64,000 nt of DNA from Bigelowiella natans CCMP2755 (taxonomy: Eukaryota; Protista; Cercozoa): assembly GCA_000320545.1 (NCBI GenBank), contig ADNK01002518.1:1-64000 (forward strand), in the 5' to 3' direction. Shown piece by piece: positions 14,010 through 27,866 of the stretch (positions within the stretch are counted from its first letter, which is position 1; every line of letters starts with the position of its first letter). The notes beneath the pieces were generated by a model that did not search any database, was not told the origin of the DNA, and saw only the letters and a program-made list of their open reading frames with translations. The translations under genes and the position numbers were made by a program.

Positions 14010-14730
14010 CGTCTGCATGTGATTTTCTCCTCATGATTTTCTCCTCATTTCATCTCGTGGATATGTTGGAATGGCAGTAGCATGTGATGACATCCGTATA
14101 GCGTGCGTGTATGCGCCGTGCCCCTTTTCCAACAGATGTGACAAGTACATCTCATGCGCATCGCAAGGACATGCAAGATAGCATGGTTGCTGCAGCTTGC
14201 ATCATTGGAAAATTCAGCAGCGTATCGTATGCCACAATCGAATAACACGCATAAAAATTAAATTCGTGAGTCCGCCTTCGTCAATGAACGAATCGAAGTG
14301 AACTTGATACGATACTAGCTGGCGCAGGGATGAGTCTGTTGCGACTAGCTGCGCCACTTGCATCTAGCTATATATAGCTATTAGTGCATGCATGCATGTA
14401 GATCATCACGGCGTGATGGTGCATGCATCGTATTTGCATTGCATTGTTGCAGTTATGTTGCATTAGGGACGACTTTCATCGCATATGTATGCTTAAATAT
14501 GCCAAGTGCTTACACATCCGCCGCACGCGCATCGCATGCTGTGTGATGTGTTGTTGGCATGTCGTCAGCAGTAGTTACAGTGGATTCCGGCGATGTTAGT
14601 GCACGAGTCACCCAGCTCCCCCATTTGTCTGCTGCATGCTGAGCTCCGCTCCGCCCACCACCCGGCCGCTCCTTGTCTTGAAAATTCGGATTGAGCTAGC
14701 GCTAGGCTAGTACAGCTGCGGAGGGCGGGA
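14010..14730. repeat. Partly TpA-depleted repeat island after the enkurin 3' end
   Basis: Rich in TGCA/CATG with clustered CTAG (14315-14370, 14695-14712). No credible ORF. Confidence 0.55.
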
Positions 14731-15640
14731 ATGTCGAAATGCTACTGCGATTCGTAAAAACATTCAACGTTCTATTAAAAGTTTCCGTAGGGCCTATGTC
14801 GGTATGTACGCTTGCGACGTCGAACCTATAAACCGAGCGAGTTTGTATGAGCGAATTTCCTTCAGAATCCCCCCCCCTTCATTTTTCCGGCAGCAGTCGT
14901 CACTTGTTTGCCTCAGATGTATATGGTACATGACTAAGTACATACGTGGCTTCGATAGCTGCTGCTTGGCACACAAGGACCATGGCACAGCACAGTGACA
15001 TAACAATATACGAAATTAACTGTTGTACTTTCCCTCTTCTTCTTAACTAATTATTGCATCGGCACAAACAATGCCCTTCAAGGTAGAACTCGTTGATGCA
15101 GGAAAAAATAGGATACGAAGTATGGATGATGTTGCCTTCTCTTTCATCCGAACCCCGGCTAAGATAATCGCTCGCTTCAACAACGGTTTTTAATACACGA
15201 CATTTGAAAGATAACAGTGAACGATACAATTACTACCTCCACGGTACTGAAGGCTTATTTTTGAACAACCTCATCCAACACCTCGTATTCTAGATGAAGA
15301 TGATGATATTTGATTTGTTATTGCTGATTACTTCTATTGATTTTCTTTACCTTCTCATTTCTCGATTTTCCCTACAAATTATCATCGTAAGCTAGTGATT
15401 AATATCGCCATCTTCGTCAGCTAGTGATTACTATCGATGCGCTCCACATGCTAGCATCTAAATCGCCTCCTCATTAGCTTCGAAAGTATCTATCCCCGTT
15501 CAGGGATATTAACCCATGGTTCTGGAGAACTGAAATTCTGCCGGTTATTATGGTTTTTAGATAGATCACTCCTATCTCCTCCAAACCAACGTTGAAGTTC
15601 TTTAAATTGTTGTGCGGCTATGACATGAGTATTATTCAGC

Positions 15641-15735
15641 ATCCTCCAGCACCCTCCAGCACCCTCCAGCACCCTCCAGCACCCTCCAGCACCCTCCAGC
15701 ACCCTCCAGCACCCTCCAGCACCCTCCAGCACCTC
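15641..15735 (+). repeat. 10-bp minisatellite (ACCCTCCAGC) x~9
   Basis: Directly visible tandem array: one variant unit followed by eight identical units. Confidence 0.95.
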
Positions 15736-16162
15736 ATTAGTTGTTGAAACCATACGAATCTCTTTAAGTTGTTCGATTTGACGCATTTGTCACGTACGTC
15801 AACGTTCTCGATTTGACGCATTTCTGAATCAACATACATTTTGTCAAAATTCGAACTTATATTGGTGACGATTGGAAAAAGCATACTGTTTTTATCTATA
15901 CGACAACAAATATTATCTTGTCGTATCAGTGAATCAGCGACGTTTCAATTGCTGTTGGCTTCAAAATAAGCCGTCGTTGGGCGACGACCACACATCTGAA
16001 GGAGGCCGATCCTCGTCAACGCAGGGTTTGAAAGAGATAGAGTGAGAATCTTTATTCTCCAGCGTGCGTGCGTTGAATTCAATAAGAAAGATACGTCTCA
16101 AATCACCAGATTGCGATCAATCAAGAAGGGACCAACCAACCAACCCACGCTGCTTTTCAAAA

Positions 16163-16691
16163 ATGATGCACAAGCCAAGTTTTCGAAGGGTGCGCCTCTC
16201 ACGTCTCTCCGCTGTGATTATCATGGCCTCCCTTATTTTTTCTACTTGGTGCATATTGAAATATTGTGCTGCATCATCGTCACCACCTAAAATAAAGTTG
16301 AACAACAATTATACACGCATGCAAACAACAAATGTGGTGGGAGGAGGAACAAGTAGTAGCCATCATTTCCTGCTCGGTTCTCCTATTCTTCGTCATTCGT
16401 CGAGCAGAAGTAAGCAGCAAAGGGCTACCACTGTAGCAAATGGCAACGGATCCAAGGCGCGTGCGATACGATAGAAGATATCAATGTTACAAAGCAGCAG
16501 CAGGGACTTGTTGAACGTCGTCATCGTTCACATATTACTACTGCTACTACTCTACTTTTACTATCTCTAATTTAGTACATATGCGTCGTCTGTGAAATAT
16601 CTTTTAATAATTACCGTTGTAGTAGTATTTCAACCTGAAATCGTGGAGCAGAAGCCAACCAGTTAAAATTAAACACATTGTTTCTTCTTCT

Positions 16692-16726
<35 letters not shown>

Positions 16727-19700
16727 TTCTTTGTTTTTCCGACTTTGGTATTATTAGGTGAAACACTGCATACTTTGGTTTCGAAATGATCTACGAATCC
16801 ATGACAACGCAATCTTCCACCACCCGTCAGTTAAAGCTGCTGAACGAGTTACGCCTGTGTACATCTTCGATCCTAGACACTTTAAGGATACTGACTTTGG
16901 ATCTTCAAGAAAAACAGGAGGATTCCGTGCGCAGTTTATTCGCGAAAGTGTAAATGATCTGCGCTCGTCCTTAAAAAGTTTAGGCAGCGACTTGAGTATG
17001 TTTGTTGATAAACCGGAGGACGTGTTACAAAAACTAGCTGGACCTCAATCAATCGTGATATGCCAGGAAGAGGTTACATCAGAAGAATTAAATGTGGACA
17101 AGGCAGTCTCAAAGGGGCTTCACAAGGTTGATTCAAAACTGGTGAAAGTGTGGGGACCAACGCTCTATCATCCAGATGATCTTCCTTTCTCAATGGATAA
17201 TCTACCAGAGCCTTTCACAGTCATGAGGAACACACGTACGTATTATTTTGCATGTTACTGCTTCCTTGCATACGTATTTGTTGTGAGTGGTATGATGACA
17301 CTGGGGCGATTATTGAGCCATAAAGAAGGATGGAAGCAACTACTGGTCAACATCTTCCTTCCTCCCACCCACTCCCCCTTTCTCTCTCTCTCTCTCTCTC
17401 CATACAATTTCTACAGTTGAAAAAAGGGCCAAAGTTGAGGTTCGTGAGCTGCTACCGGATCCAAAACTTCCTGCTGCAAATCAGGTGGTGTTAGTGGTGG
17501 AAAAGTGGTGGTGGTGCTCACGAGTAGTAACGGGACGAATAAATTATTCCAAAATCGTGATCACTATCATCAGCATCCGTAATTATTGATGTTCTTTGGC
17601 TTTGCTCCATGATTAATTACATTGATTAATTACAGGCAGACGGTTCACTCAAAGACGTACCTTCCCTGGAGGCACTGGGATTCTCGAAAGAAGAGATATC
17701 TGAGATGCAAACGCAAGATGAAGATAAACGTGGAGTGATGAAGTTTACAGGGGGCGAGACTAAGGCCATGGAACGTGTTGCACATTTCACTAAGACTGCC
17801 CTCAAAGTATGAAATTGTGCTTTGTCATATGACAACAACTTTCTGATTATAGTGCAGTTGATGTGCCAATATAAGCAAAAGGAAACACAGATTCTTTCAA
17901 AAAATACTACTACTACTACTTACACTGCTGCTATTCTTTATTTTTGTTTCAGTGATATTATTGGGTTGCTTCAATGATGTTGACTACCTAAACTTCGAGA
18001 TCCGACTAAAGAATAATATTTTCAGACGTATAAGAAAACAAGAAATGGACTTATAGGAGAATCTTACTCTTCGAAATACTCACCATGGCTAGCATGTGGT
18101 TGCTTGTCCCCTAGGATGATATATTGGAAGGTTAGTAAGGACAGTTACGACGCCGACATATACGTAAAACTTAATTCCAAGTGTTACTGTTACCAATCAA
18201 TACAGACGGCTCATCCGTTTAAAAAAAACCAAAAAACTCAGCATGCATATGGATAAATTAATCGCCAAAAATAATATCTAAACCTTCAAATCCAGACGAG
18301 AATTAAAAGGGTAGTAGCACAACCAACAACAAGACTATGATACAATAAAATTAAATCCCCTAAGTTGTCATCATCTTGTTTTTATTAGAATGTTATTTGC
18401 ATAATATATAATCCTAGACACGTGAATATGAGAATGCACATGGTGGTCAAACTGTGGACACGTATTGGCTTATCTTTGAACTTATGTGGAGAGACTTCTT
18501 CCGATTTTATTGCGTGAAGCACGGAGATTCTGTATTTCATCTCTCTGGCCCTAAGAACACCCGACGAGCCTGGTCTAGGTACATCTTACACTAGTATATT
18601 GTGCATATTGATCTCGATTTCGTTGGAAAAGTAGAATTCAAAACACGTCGTGAAGTCTGTTTGCAACAAGAAGAAGAAGAAGAAGAAGAAGAATCCATAG
18701 AATTGCTGTATAACTAATGACTAAATCATAGTACATAGAAAGTGTTTTATTCAGTAGGATGTTGTTGTCATTCAGTTTTACTAAATTTCCCCCGACTGAT
18801 GATCTAAATCATCTTGAATATATGTACAGTAATAATTAAGAAGAGGCAAAAATAGTGGCAACTTTACTGGTATTAATGCAAACAATTATTGTTAAAAATG
18901 CAGGGATAGTAAACTCATCAACGCATGGAAAAAAGGCCAAACAGGAATTCCTTGGGTGAATCTTCACTTTTTTATAATACTTTTACTACCAATACCCCTA
19001 CCATTACAATATCTCAACTAATCTCAACTAATACTACCGCTACCACTCTATTACTCAAGTGCAAAATTAAAGTAGTTCTTCTTGTTACTAGCCAGTATCC
19101 GAACCTGCCATAATATCATAGTCATGATGTTCAACTTCCATTCAACGCGCTGCTTCTGCTGCTACTACTGCTGCTGCATAGGTGGATGCGAACATGCGGG
19201 AGTTACTTCAGACGGGTTTTATGTCCAATCGTGGGCGACAGAACGTCGCATCTTATCTAGTTCATGATCTAGGGGTTGACTGGAGGTAAAATATGCTCCA
19301 TCATCGTCACCATAGGACACGCACTAATTAATGACAAACACGGTTTCTTATATCTTCATTCTCATATATTTACAAATCCTCGTCATATTGTTGAAAAGGT
19401 ATGGCGCTGATCATTTCGAAAGCCTTCTCTTGGATCACGACGTGTGCTCTAATTATGGCAATTGGGTAGCAGCAGCTGGCTTAACTGGGGGAAGAATAAA
19501 TCGATTCAATATGTCCAAACAAGCAAACGACTACGACAAGGACGGAAGATATGTAAAGATGTGGTGTCCGGAGCTGAAAGGTATTAATATTACTACACGA
19601 TTGTTTGTGCTGATTATATTATCTTTATCTCCTCAGTGTTGGTAATAGCTCGATTCATTACTTGTTTTGTTTTGCCTTGTTCTACGGTTGTAATTTGCTC

Positions 19701-20141
19701 TCTTCTTCAGAATTGCCTTCCAAGTGCGTGCATTCCCCATGGGACCTCTCGTCTTCAGAGCAGTCAAGATTCGGTGTATTAATAGGAAGCGATTATCCAG
19801 CTCCAATTAGAGCACCGAAGAGAGGATATACAGGAGGGGGAGGAGGAGGAAAAGACAATCGCCCTCGAAGAAATGGAGGAGGGAGATATAAGTAACTATT
19901 GCATTTCTTTTTAACAACAGTACTAACTTGGGAACAACCATATTAACAACCATATTAAGCACCTAAGTATTGCGTGTTGTATCACTTGTTTATCATGCAA
20001 GCCTAGCGAATAATAATTAGCTATCTGATGCTGACTATAAGCGGATCATTTCTTACACTATTTTATAACAGGAAAACGAAGAATTTCAGAGGGAAGGGGA
20101 GAGTACATCGAGGCAGGACGCAGGATTTCTACACGTCTTAG
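16163..20141 (+). CDS. CRYD: Cryptochrome DASH (photolyase family) with an N-terminal signal/transit-like leader
   Basis: [107 protein letters not shown]. Gly/Arg-rich tail. Confidence 0.92.
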
Positions 20142-20229
20142 TCATTCTCCATTTCATTAAAATTAGCTTCCTTGACCAATTTTAGATGCTTAATCGTTCG
20201 CCATCTTGCCTCTCATTTCGTTGGCCATG

Positions 20230-20920
20230 CCAGCATGATACAAGGAGGATGCTACAAAAATAAATTGCATGATGATGAGCACAATCTGAATAAGCAGCAG
20301 CTAGAGCAGGCATTGAGCTCAGACATCGCTTCGTTAAGAATCATCTTTTAAATCAAGTGGCACAATAGACACACCAACTCGATTGCCTTTGCTTTGTTCA
20401 ATTTGTGGTCTATGGTCTACTACACGTGCGTTTGCACACACGCTACGTGTCATGACTGTGACTATGTGTGTGCATGTCATGTAGTCGCACGCTCATTCGT
20501 TTTCCTACGTTTGTTTGCGGAAGCTCGTTCTCGATCATTTATATATTCAAATTGAATTCCGAAGAAGTGAACGTAACGAACAGAAGCGACGATCGAACAT
20601 GTGAGACGGATGTAATGAAGAATTAAATTTTTTCAATGGTCATCCTGATGTAGCTGTGCAATGCAGCGGCTACAGCGCTAATGTTATGTCTGTTGGTTTC
20701 GAACATGTACACGAACCTTTTCGGCCGTTCGTCACGATATTATTATTGATATTTTATTTCGATTTTGCAGCTGAATAAGTGGCAAGAGAATGTGCCATGA
20801 GGTCAACATGGCTGTGACTCAGTCAACACAGCATGCAGCTGCCGTGAGCGTATCGTAATGCGTGTTGGTGCTAGACAAACTTGCACGACAAATGTAGTTT
20901 GAACACACCGATCATGGTGC
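20230..20920. repeat. Repeat island between convergent CRY-DASH and CCT genes, including hairpin-repeat copy 2 (20603-20694)
   Basis: agcag-CTAG-agcag at 20296-20309. Hairpin TGTAGC...GCTACA at 20649-20674. TG/CA-rich. Confidence 0.65.
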
Positions 20921-21128
20921 GCAGTGCATTTATATTATCATTGTAATGAAGGTACCCTATTTTTTTCCCATGAAAAAGCTCCTATCAGCTATGCAGAAAT
21001 TATTTTACTGCGTTTGGAATATGAGTTGAATATTTTGTTGAGGATATTGACTGGGTGCCCTAAGTGGCCATTATTATATCTTAAATCCGTGTTGTTATCA
21101 GGCCGATACGACAACGAAAGATACGTCA

Positions 21129-22359
21129 CTATATATCGATCTCCATACTCTTCTCTTCGTCACGTGATGTTGTATTTATCATGAGCTGCTCCGATTTTTT
21201 AGAATAATATTTTGCCATGGAAAGCTTGACTTTACTCTCGTTTAAGCTCTGGCCTTCTTGAAGCTGCTTCATGAGCTCAGGGTCAGCCCTGATCGCTTCA
21301 AGTTCCATCTTATTTGCGAATCGTCCCCCTATTCGTGGGCGAGACTTCGCAAAAGCTTGTCGACATGCGTACCTCACCTTCTTTGTATATTGACGATTTT
21401 TTACCTAAATAGAAGCAAACTAAGTCAAACACCCATACAATTATCTGTCTTCATACTCTTCTAATTCTTCCACCTTAGATCGGTATTTGCGAACAAGTTC
21501 ACTTCTTTCGTCCTTCGTATAAACATGAACCTGCTCCATTCGTTTCCAAAAGGATTGAGCGATTGGAAATGCAGGGGAGCCTGGCAAGACCGGCAAAGCA
21601 CCAAGCAGCAAATCTTGTTGCACATTAGTATCCGTACTGAAATCCATTTTCAACTTTTGGGAGTCGTTTTCGTTTCCTGTCACAGAAGGAGAAAATGGAA
21701 GGTCGAATCGGAAGTCCAACTCTGAGGAATTGGGGCTGAGAGGAGGTGTTCGCGGATCAACTACAGCATCAAAAGCATGGCAGGAGGAGGAGGAGAGACT
21801 GAGGGCCAGTAAATCCTCGTAGAGCTCGAATCCTTCTTGCTGTGATTATTAATAATTCCCAGTGAGTTTCATCAATAAATATATGATTCAAATGGAATCA
21901 AGATTTGCTATACATTCGTGGTACCTTTCCAACAAATGACTCCTCTCGACGAAACGAAGGCATTCCAAGCTTAGAATCCCCTTGTCGGGTGGTGGACGGT
22001 GATAAACATTCACTGTCATCAAGTCTGAATGATGACGTCGAAGATGACTTTGAGCTTGGAGAACCTCCATCGTTAATAGAAATACGAAGTGGAGACATGT
22101 GATCATCAGTTGGGTCTTTGTTGTGGATCGGAGGGGGTGTGAAAGACTCGCTGGAGACATAATTCTGCAAATGGTTTTGTGGAGAGGTGGGAAGAACACT
22201 GTTGCAGAAAAGCTGCTGATGAGAGCACATATTCACTTGGAACCCATTCTTGGATTTCTTTTTCTTCTGTTGGTTTTGCGCCTGAGTTGCCATGTGGCGA
22301 CCAACAGGCAGTCGGACTGCATTCGCCATTCGGGAAGGATTGAACCGATTCATCATCAT
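21129..22359 (-). CDS. CCT-domain (CONSTANS/TOC1-type) protein, 3 exons
   Basis: Spliced RSELVRKYRSK-VKNRQYTKKVRYACRQAFAKSRPRIGGRFA matches the CCT motif. Ser/Pro-rich N-terminus. Confidence 0.85.
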
Positions 22360-23724
22360 TTAAGGAAGTATTTATTAACACAAAGGTGTTTCTCCGTCCA
22401 AATTAGTTGTTGTTCTAGATTATAGATATTCGTATGCTGCTGTTTTTCTGTGATGCAGCGTCGTCAGTCTGTGGAGGGGTGTCTAGCTCCTGGCCCGAGT
22501 CGCGTCCCGTCTTTCGCTTTTTGTCGACGACGATTACCTCTTCGGAATCTAAAAACATTAAGATTTAATTTATATCTACGTGAAATATAACTTTCCATAA
22601 ATGGGCTTGTAATGCCAAATTCCGTCTTCACGAAAAACGTAAATATATTCCAAAAAGTTCATAGCTTTCCACACAATGAATAACACCTATTCTGGAAAAC
22701 AGGTCGCGTTTTCTTTTGCCTGTTTGCAAAGATTTACGGTGAAAAAGACGAAAATGGCACACATTTTCTACTCGAGATACCCGAAGTAAAGTGCGTCACA
22801 CGGGCTTAGGCAATAGAGGATATTTCTGTGTAAATGTACCATTTTGACGATTTATAAAATAGAAAACCGCCTTTCGAACCAATTAGGTTGTAAACTGAAC
22901 TACTGGTCGGAGGATGTCTTTCCTCGATCCGATTCGAAGAAAACATAATCATTCTCATGTAGTCGTAGGCTCTAAACTGTTTGGAGTTTAGTTGGATTTT
23001 ACCTATCATGTATTTCAGGAAAACGGCCATTTTCACCTTTCGACTGTTTCATTGTGCGAGTTTGACAAAAGAACATTCCACGAAATTTATGATTCGGCCA
23101 AACGCCAAAGGTGCAGGTGTAAAAATAGAAGCGATTTTTTTTTTGGAAATATATCGGGATCCAAGGTGTAATTGCTGTAGAATTCACTTGACCATGGGAA
23201 AACATCGTAAAATAATCAAACGAAAAGGAAACCACATCATCTTTACAAAATGCTGGCTCCCGATAATACATTTTCTGAAACAGTAGCTCAAAAAAAGAAC
23301 ACATAGGTAAGGCTCTTTCTTTGTAAGAATTACTCCGCATTCTATCAAAGCTGATAATTTGACTGGTTTTTTAAAATTACGGTGGACTTATAGAACAATA
23401 CTAATCTTAACAAACCTCCGTCCATCCGACCGTCCGTGCGGCAATAAATTGCTAGCTACCTACCAGGAGGAGGAGGAGGAGGAGGAGACGACCTATCTGT
23501 CTCCGGTGGCACGCCACCCCAGAGAACATTATCACCCTTGCTTGAAAGAAGTATGCCGACACTTGAAATGAATCAGCATGAAATTTCATTTTGTGCTAGT
23601 GTTGGGTGTCAGCATTTTCATTCGGTGTGTGTCTTCGATGATGGTGTGTGGCTCCGTTCCATGTAACCTGCAAATCTCGAAACAATTTGATTTATAATTT
23701 GGTTTCTTAGGAAGGAGAATTAAA

Positions 23725-25184
23725 ATGTTTAGGCACCTTAGGAGGTGCGTCCTTCGAGTTCCTTCAAAAAAACGGGCTTTAAGAAGAGGCGCGCCGACTG
23801 CCAAGTCCTTCATAACGCCGATCCTGCCATCAAGATCATATTTTTCCACTTGGTGTCGCCGTATTCCAGAGAAGGCTTTTCCTAGGGAAAGTAGTCCTGC
23901 TGCTACTTCATTTTTAAATCGGAAGTTGGATCTAGGTGTGCCGAGTTAAATGATGAAAATAATGTGTTAAACAATAAGTAGCAGCCAAATATTATCGATC
24001 TGATGTTTTGTTGTTCTAAAGGTCCATTCGAAGAAACAGATGACCACCAACGACGTTCACGCCATCGAAGGAATCATGACAACATAATCGAAACATTTAG
24101 GCGTGTTTCACTTCAAAACTCTGCAACTCCTCTCGCCAAGCTTCTTGTTGATTTTATGGATGACAATCGATCGGATCTCAGCTTTATCAACATATCCGCA
24201 TTGCTGATGAATTATGCTAAATTACGGAAAACCAAGGTTGGAGGATCGCCGTATCGAGGAGGAGGGGACGATTTTCTCCCTGCTATTGGTCCAAAGACGG
24301 CAAGATTTCTTGCAGAACAGGTGGAGAATAGCAGCTATCAGTGTTATTATATCTTTTCTAAAAACGTTGATAGATCTTCCTAAATATATACCGGATACGT
24401 TGATAGTTCTTACTAAATGTATACCGGATGATTGATAAGTTTAATTTTGTAACCAGATTCACAAAATGCCAACTGAAGATGTGAATGAATGGGCTCTTGG
24501 AAATACATTGTACGGAATCCAGGCTGTCGTAGCACACTCACCAGAGATGCGAAGGTGCCATAAATAAATGTCGTAATTAATTGAAATAAAGTCTCAACGT
24601 AGTTTATGCCTTCCTTCCTCGTTTTGTTCAGCAGTACATACATACATACATACATACATACTAGTACTATTTTCACAGCACAAACTTAACATATGAACAA
24701 AAGACTTACTTATTTCTTCACCCCATCATAAAATATTAGTGAATAATCTAAAATCTCCGGATTATTATTATTATTATTTATTACTATTACTACTAATTTT
24801 CTGATCGGATCATTATCACTAGGTTGACAGAAGCATTGGTGCCAAAGATTTGGGGTTGTGAGGAGCAAATGAAGCCATCATCTATTTCCAACGCTTTATT
24901 TGGATTGCGATTCCTCGACGATTGCTCTGCAGCTGATCGAGCAATGGAGGCCCTTACTGTTCAAATTGAAGACTGCCCTTCAGCTTTCAGCGGCCACGCG
25001 CTTGGAATATGCATGCTTTCTCTAAGACATCGTCCTGACAGTGTGGTCAGTCGTCGTTGCATCCGAGCACTGGCTCAAAGAGTCGGAGAGTAATGACAAA
25101 GAATTAAAATTATAATAATCCTGATAAATAGTAGAAAATAGTAGATGCATAGCAGCACATAGATAGACATGATGTTGTAGCGGT

Positions 25185-25240
<56 letters not shown>

Positions 25241-25245
25241 AAAAT

Positions 25246-25296
<51 letters not shown>

Positions 25297-26913
25297 TGTT
25301 TTGACGAGGCCAATACGCCGCATATATGGATTTGCTATCTTCACCCTTCTCCCCTCCCTTTTCTCCTCTTCTTGCCATAATACGTCATCATCATCATCAT
25401 CATCATCACCACCACCACCCTCAAATAATGGCAGGTGCGCGAGCTTTTCTCCGATCGACATAAGCAAATCAGTTGTTGGCGTTCGTGGGAAAGGAAGAGC
25501 TCCAGCTTCTCATTACCTAGTTTCTGAACTTGCCGAACGACTTCCACACGTGGATCAACCCTTTTCCAGCCAGGTACTACTACTACTACTACTACTTACT
25601 ACTCACTACATTACTACGATATGAATGTATACATATTATGTATCCATCCTTGTACGTGTTTTAATGTATGTTTGCTTATTATATTATTACAATTCCTGCT
25701 GTTGCTGCTACCCACAACTTACTCTAAAATAACAAAATAGGCTATAGCTTGGACCCTTTTCAGTTTGAAGGATTTGGAAGATACGACAGCCGCCGAAGAT
25801 TTCCTCAGAAATTTTTCTCGATGTGTTCGCGACAACTTGAAAGACAACACCGCTGAGGAGTTTACGAAAAAGTCGATTTCCCTTTCCTTTGCTGGACTAA
25901 GGACGTTTTCTTGCAAGCCATCCTGTGAAATACTTAGTTATCTTCTGCCAAAGCTTGATGAAAAGGAGGCATATGGTTATTATGATGTGTCTTCCATTGT
26001 CACAGCTGTTCATTCGGCCGACCGAAATACAAAAAGGTTGGTACTACTTGGCGTGTTGTTGTTATTGTTGACATGTGTGCAGCTGCAACGCAATATAGGG
26101 ATTATATTTTTAACACTACTTCCATCTCTTCCCGTATCTACAGGATTCTTCCAAAGCTAATCAATCCTCATTTGCAACGAATTAACAAAGAAATTGATTT
26201 AAAGTTGGTATTGAAATTACTACCAATACTGGTTAGTGATACGACTAGCAGCCATTCCATTCAACTCTCCCATATAATTGCTTCGAGAATTAGTGCTCTA
26301 CATAAGGAGTTAAGATCGGAGAATGTCAAAAATATCATTCGACTAATTGCTGGAGTTCCTTCAGAGGACGCAACTCTTCAAGAAGCGCCCCTTCGAGCAC
26401 TGGCTGCTGTTATAAATCGTCTCACTTCTTACGACACCATGGAATGCATCAACGAATTGTAATTTATCCTAACAATCTTCTTTCACTCCTCATCCCCCTC
26501 TGCCTCCACTAATACTTTGATAATTCTCGTAGTATTATGGGTTGGAGGTTGATTAACTCTCTCTTCGGCCTATTTGGTGGTTGTCATTGTCGATTCAATA
26601 TATTATTTTCCTTAGGTGTTTAAACTATGCTAGCAGTGGCAGCAATATGACCGTCTCAAAACAACCGTTATTATCTCAAGCGCTGAAAGATACTATCCAT
26701 AGCCTTGTTGTTCACATAGAAACCAAAGCCAAGCCCGAGCTTAAACCAAGACAATATGAAAGATTGCAACTTATTCTTAAAAACATTAGAATCCTTGATG
26801 AAGGAGAGGATGAGGAGAAAAACTTGAAGTATGGCATGCAGCCGGGAGGAATTTTAGAAAGCGAAATAAAAAGAGAAAGACACAGCAAGAGGATGGCAGA
26901 TTTTAGGTTGTAG
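23725..26913 (+). CDS. Putative mitochondrion-targeted helical-repeat (RAP/OPR-like) protein
   Basis: Arg-rich leader MFRHLRRCVLRVPSKKRALRRG. Repeats of ~38-40 aa: ISNALFGLRFL, LGICMLSLRH, ISKSVVGVRG, IAWTLFSLKDL, ISLSFAGLRTF. Confidence 0.55.
25185..25293 (+). repeat. Compound intronic microsatellite (CA)n(TA)n..(GA)n
   Basis: Directly visible. Representative of many intronic microsatellites in the window. Confidence 0.95.
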
Positions 26914-27099
26914 TGGCAGCTTTTGAGTTTTGTTGTAGCAACATTTTAGTTAGCAACCGTGTACAGTTATAGTTATTTGCTGCATTAGAATGTCTCTACA
27001 CATATGAATACGTTGGCTGATGATGGCTACACCGATCACGAAGGTGGTCATCACTCGTTATAACAATGCTCAAGAGATTCTCATTTACAGTGAGCCTCA

Positions 27100-27780
27100 A
27101 TGAGACCAATTCCAAAGAGATCAGTCATGCAAATTGTTGCGCAAAAGATAGATTCTGTCTTGTCGACAGCAAAATGAATCACTTCACCCATCTCTAAATC
27201 TAGTCATTTCTGTTGTGCAACGTTGCGGCAGAGTCCTAGAGCAGGATCAATCGCGTGGTGTGGATTCGCATCACTAACTACTCAGTCTGCAGACGAGAAT
27301 TTTTGCAGACATATATGCGCATGAGTCGCATACGGACATATCAATGTGAAACGCGAATCATCGTATCTTGCGTTTGTGCGCATGCGTTGCATGCACGGCG
27401 CGAATGTATAGAAATGCGCCAGGCTAGGAGAGCCCATGCGACGCGACACAGCTGCTAAACAGCTTGCCTAGCTTCGAGCTAGCTAGGTTCCCAGCTACGT
27501 ACACGAGACGGATGCAATGTTATAATGTGTCAAATAGCTAGCTTTCAATTATAATCCTAACATGATGACTTAGCTAAGCCTGCGCAATTTTGTGCCGGAT
27601 CGGACTTCGTGGTGTGGTGTGATGTTATTACAGATGCACATCGCGCATGGTACGTACATGCATGTGGAGGGGACATCATTTGTTACGTTATATGTGATGT
27701 ATCTGGATGCACTTGGTAGCTTGATGCAACATTACATCTCGGTGTACGACCATCTTCTATCTAGATCTGCATGAGCGGAC
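27100..27780. repeat. Repeat island between convergent gene ends, with degenerate hairpin-repeat copy 3 (~27505-27575)
   Basis: GAGACGGATGCAATG at 27505. CTAG clusters at 27420-27545. Confidence 0.55.
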
Positions 27781-27866
27781 AGAGTATTTTATTACATCCA
27801 GATAAGGACAACAATCCGAAACCGTGATACTGGCAGCGAATATTGCGATGCGCGATTTGATTTGCC

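Noticed and set aside
15490-15884. ORFs with repeated VLEGAGGCWR
   Set aside because: Translation of the 10-bp minisatellite. There are no spacers, so it is not a CRISPR array either.
20603-20694. Hairpin repeat as a tRNA or snRNA gene
   Set aside because: No cloverleaf, A/B boxes or Sm site recognised, and the copies are decaying like a repeat.
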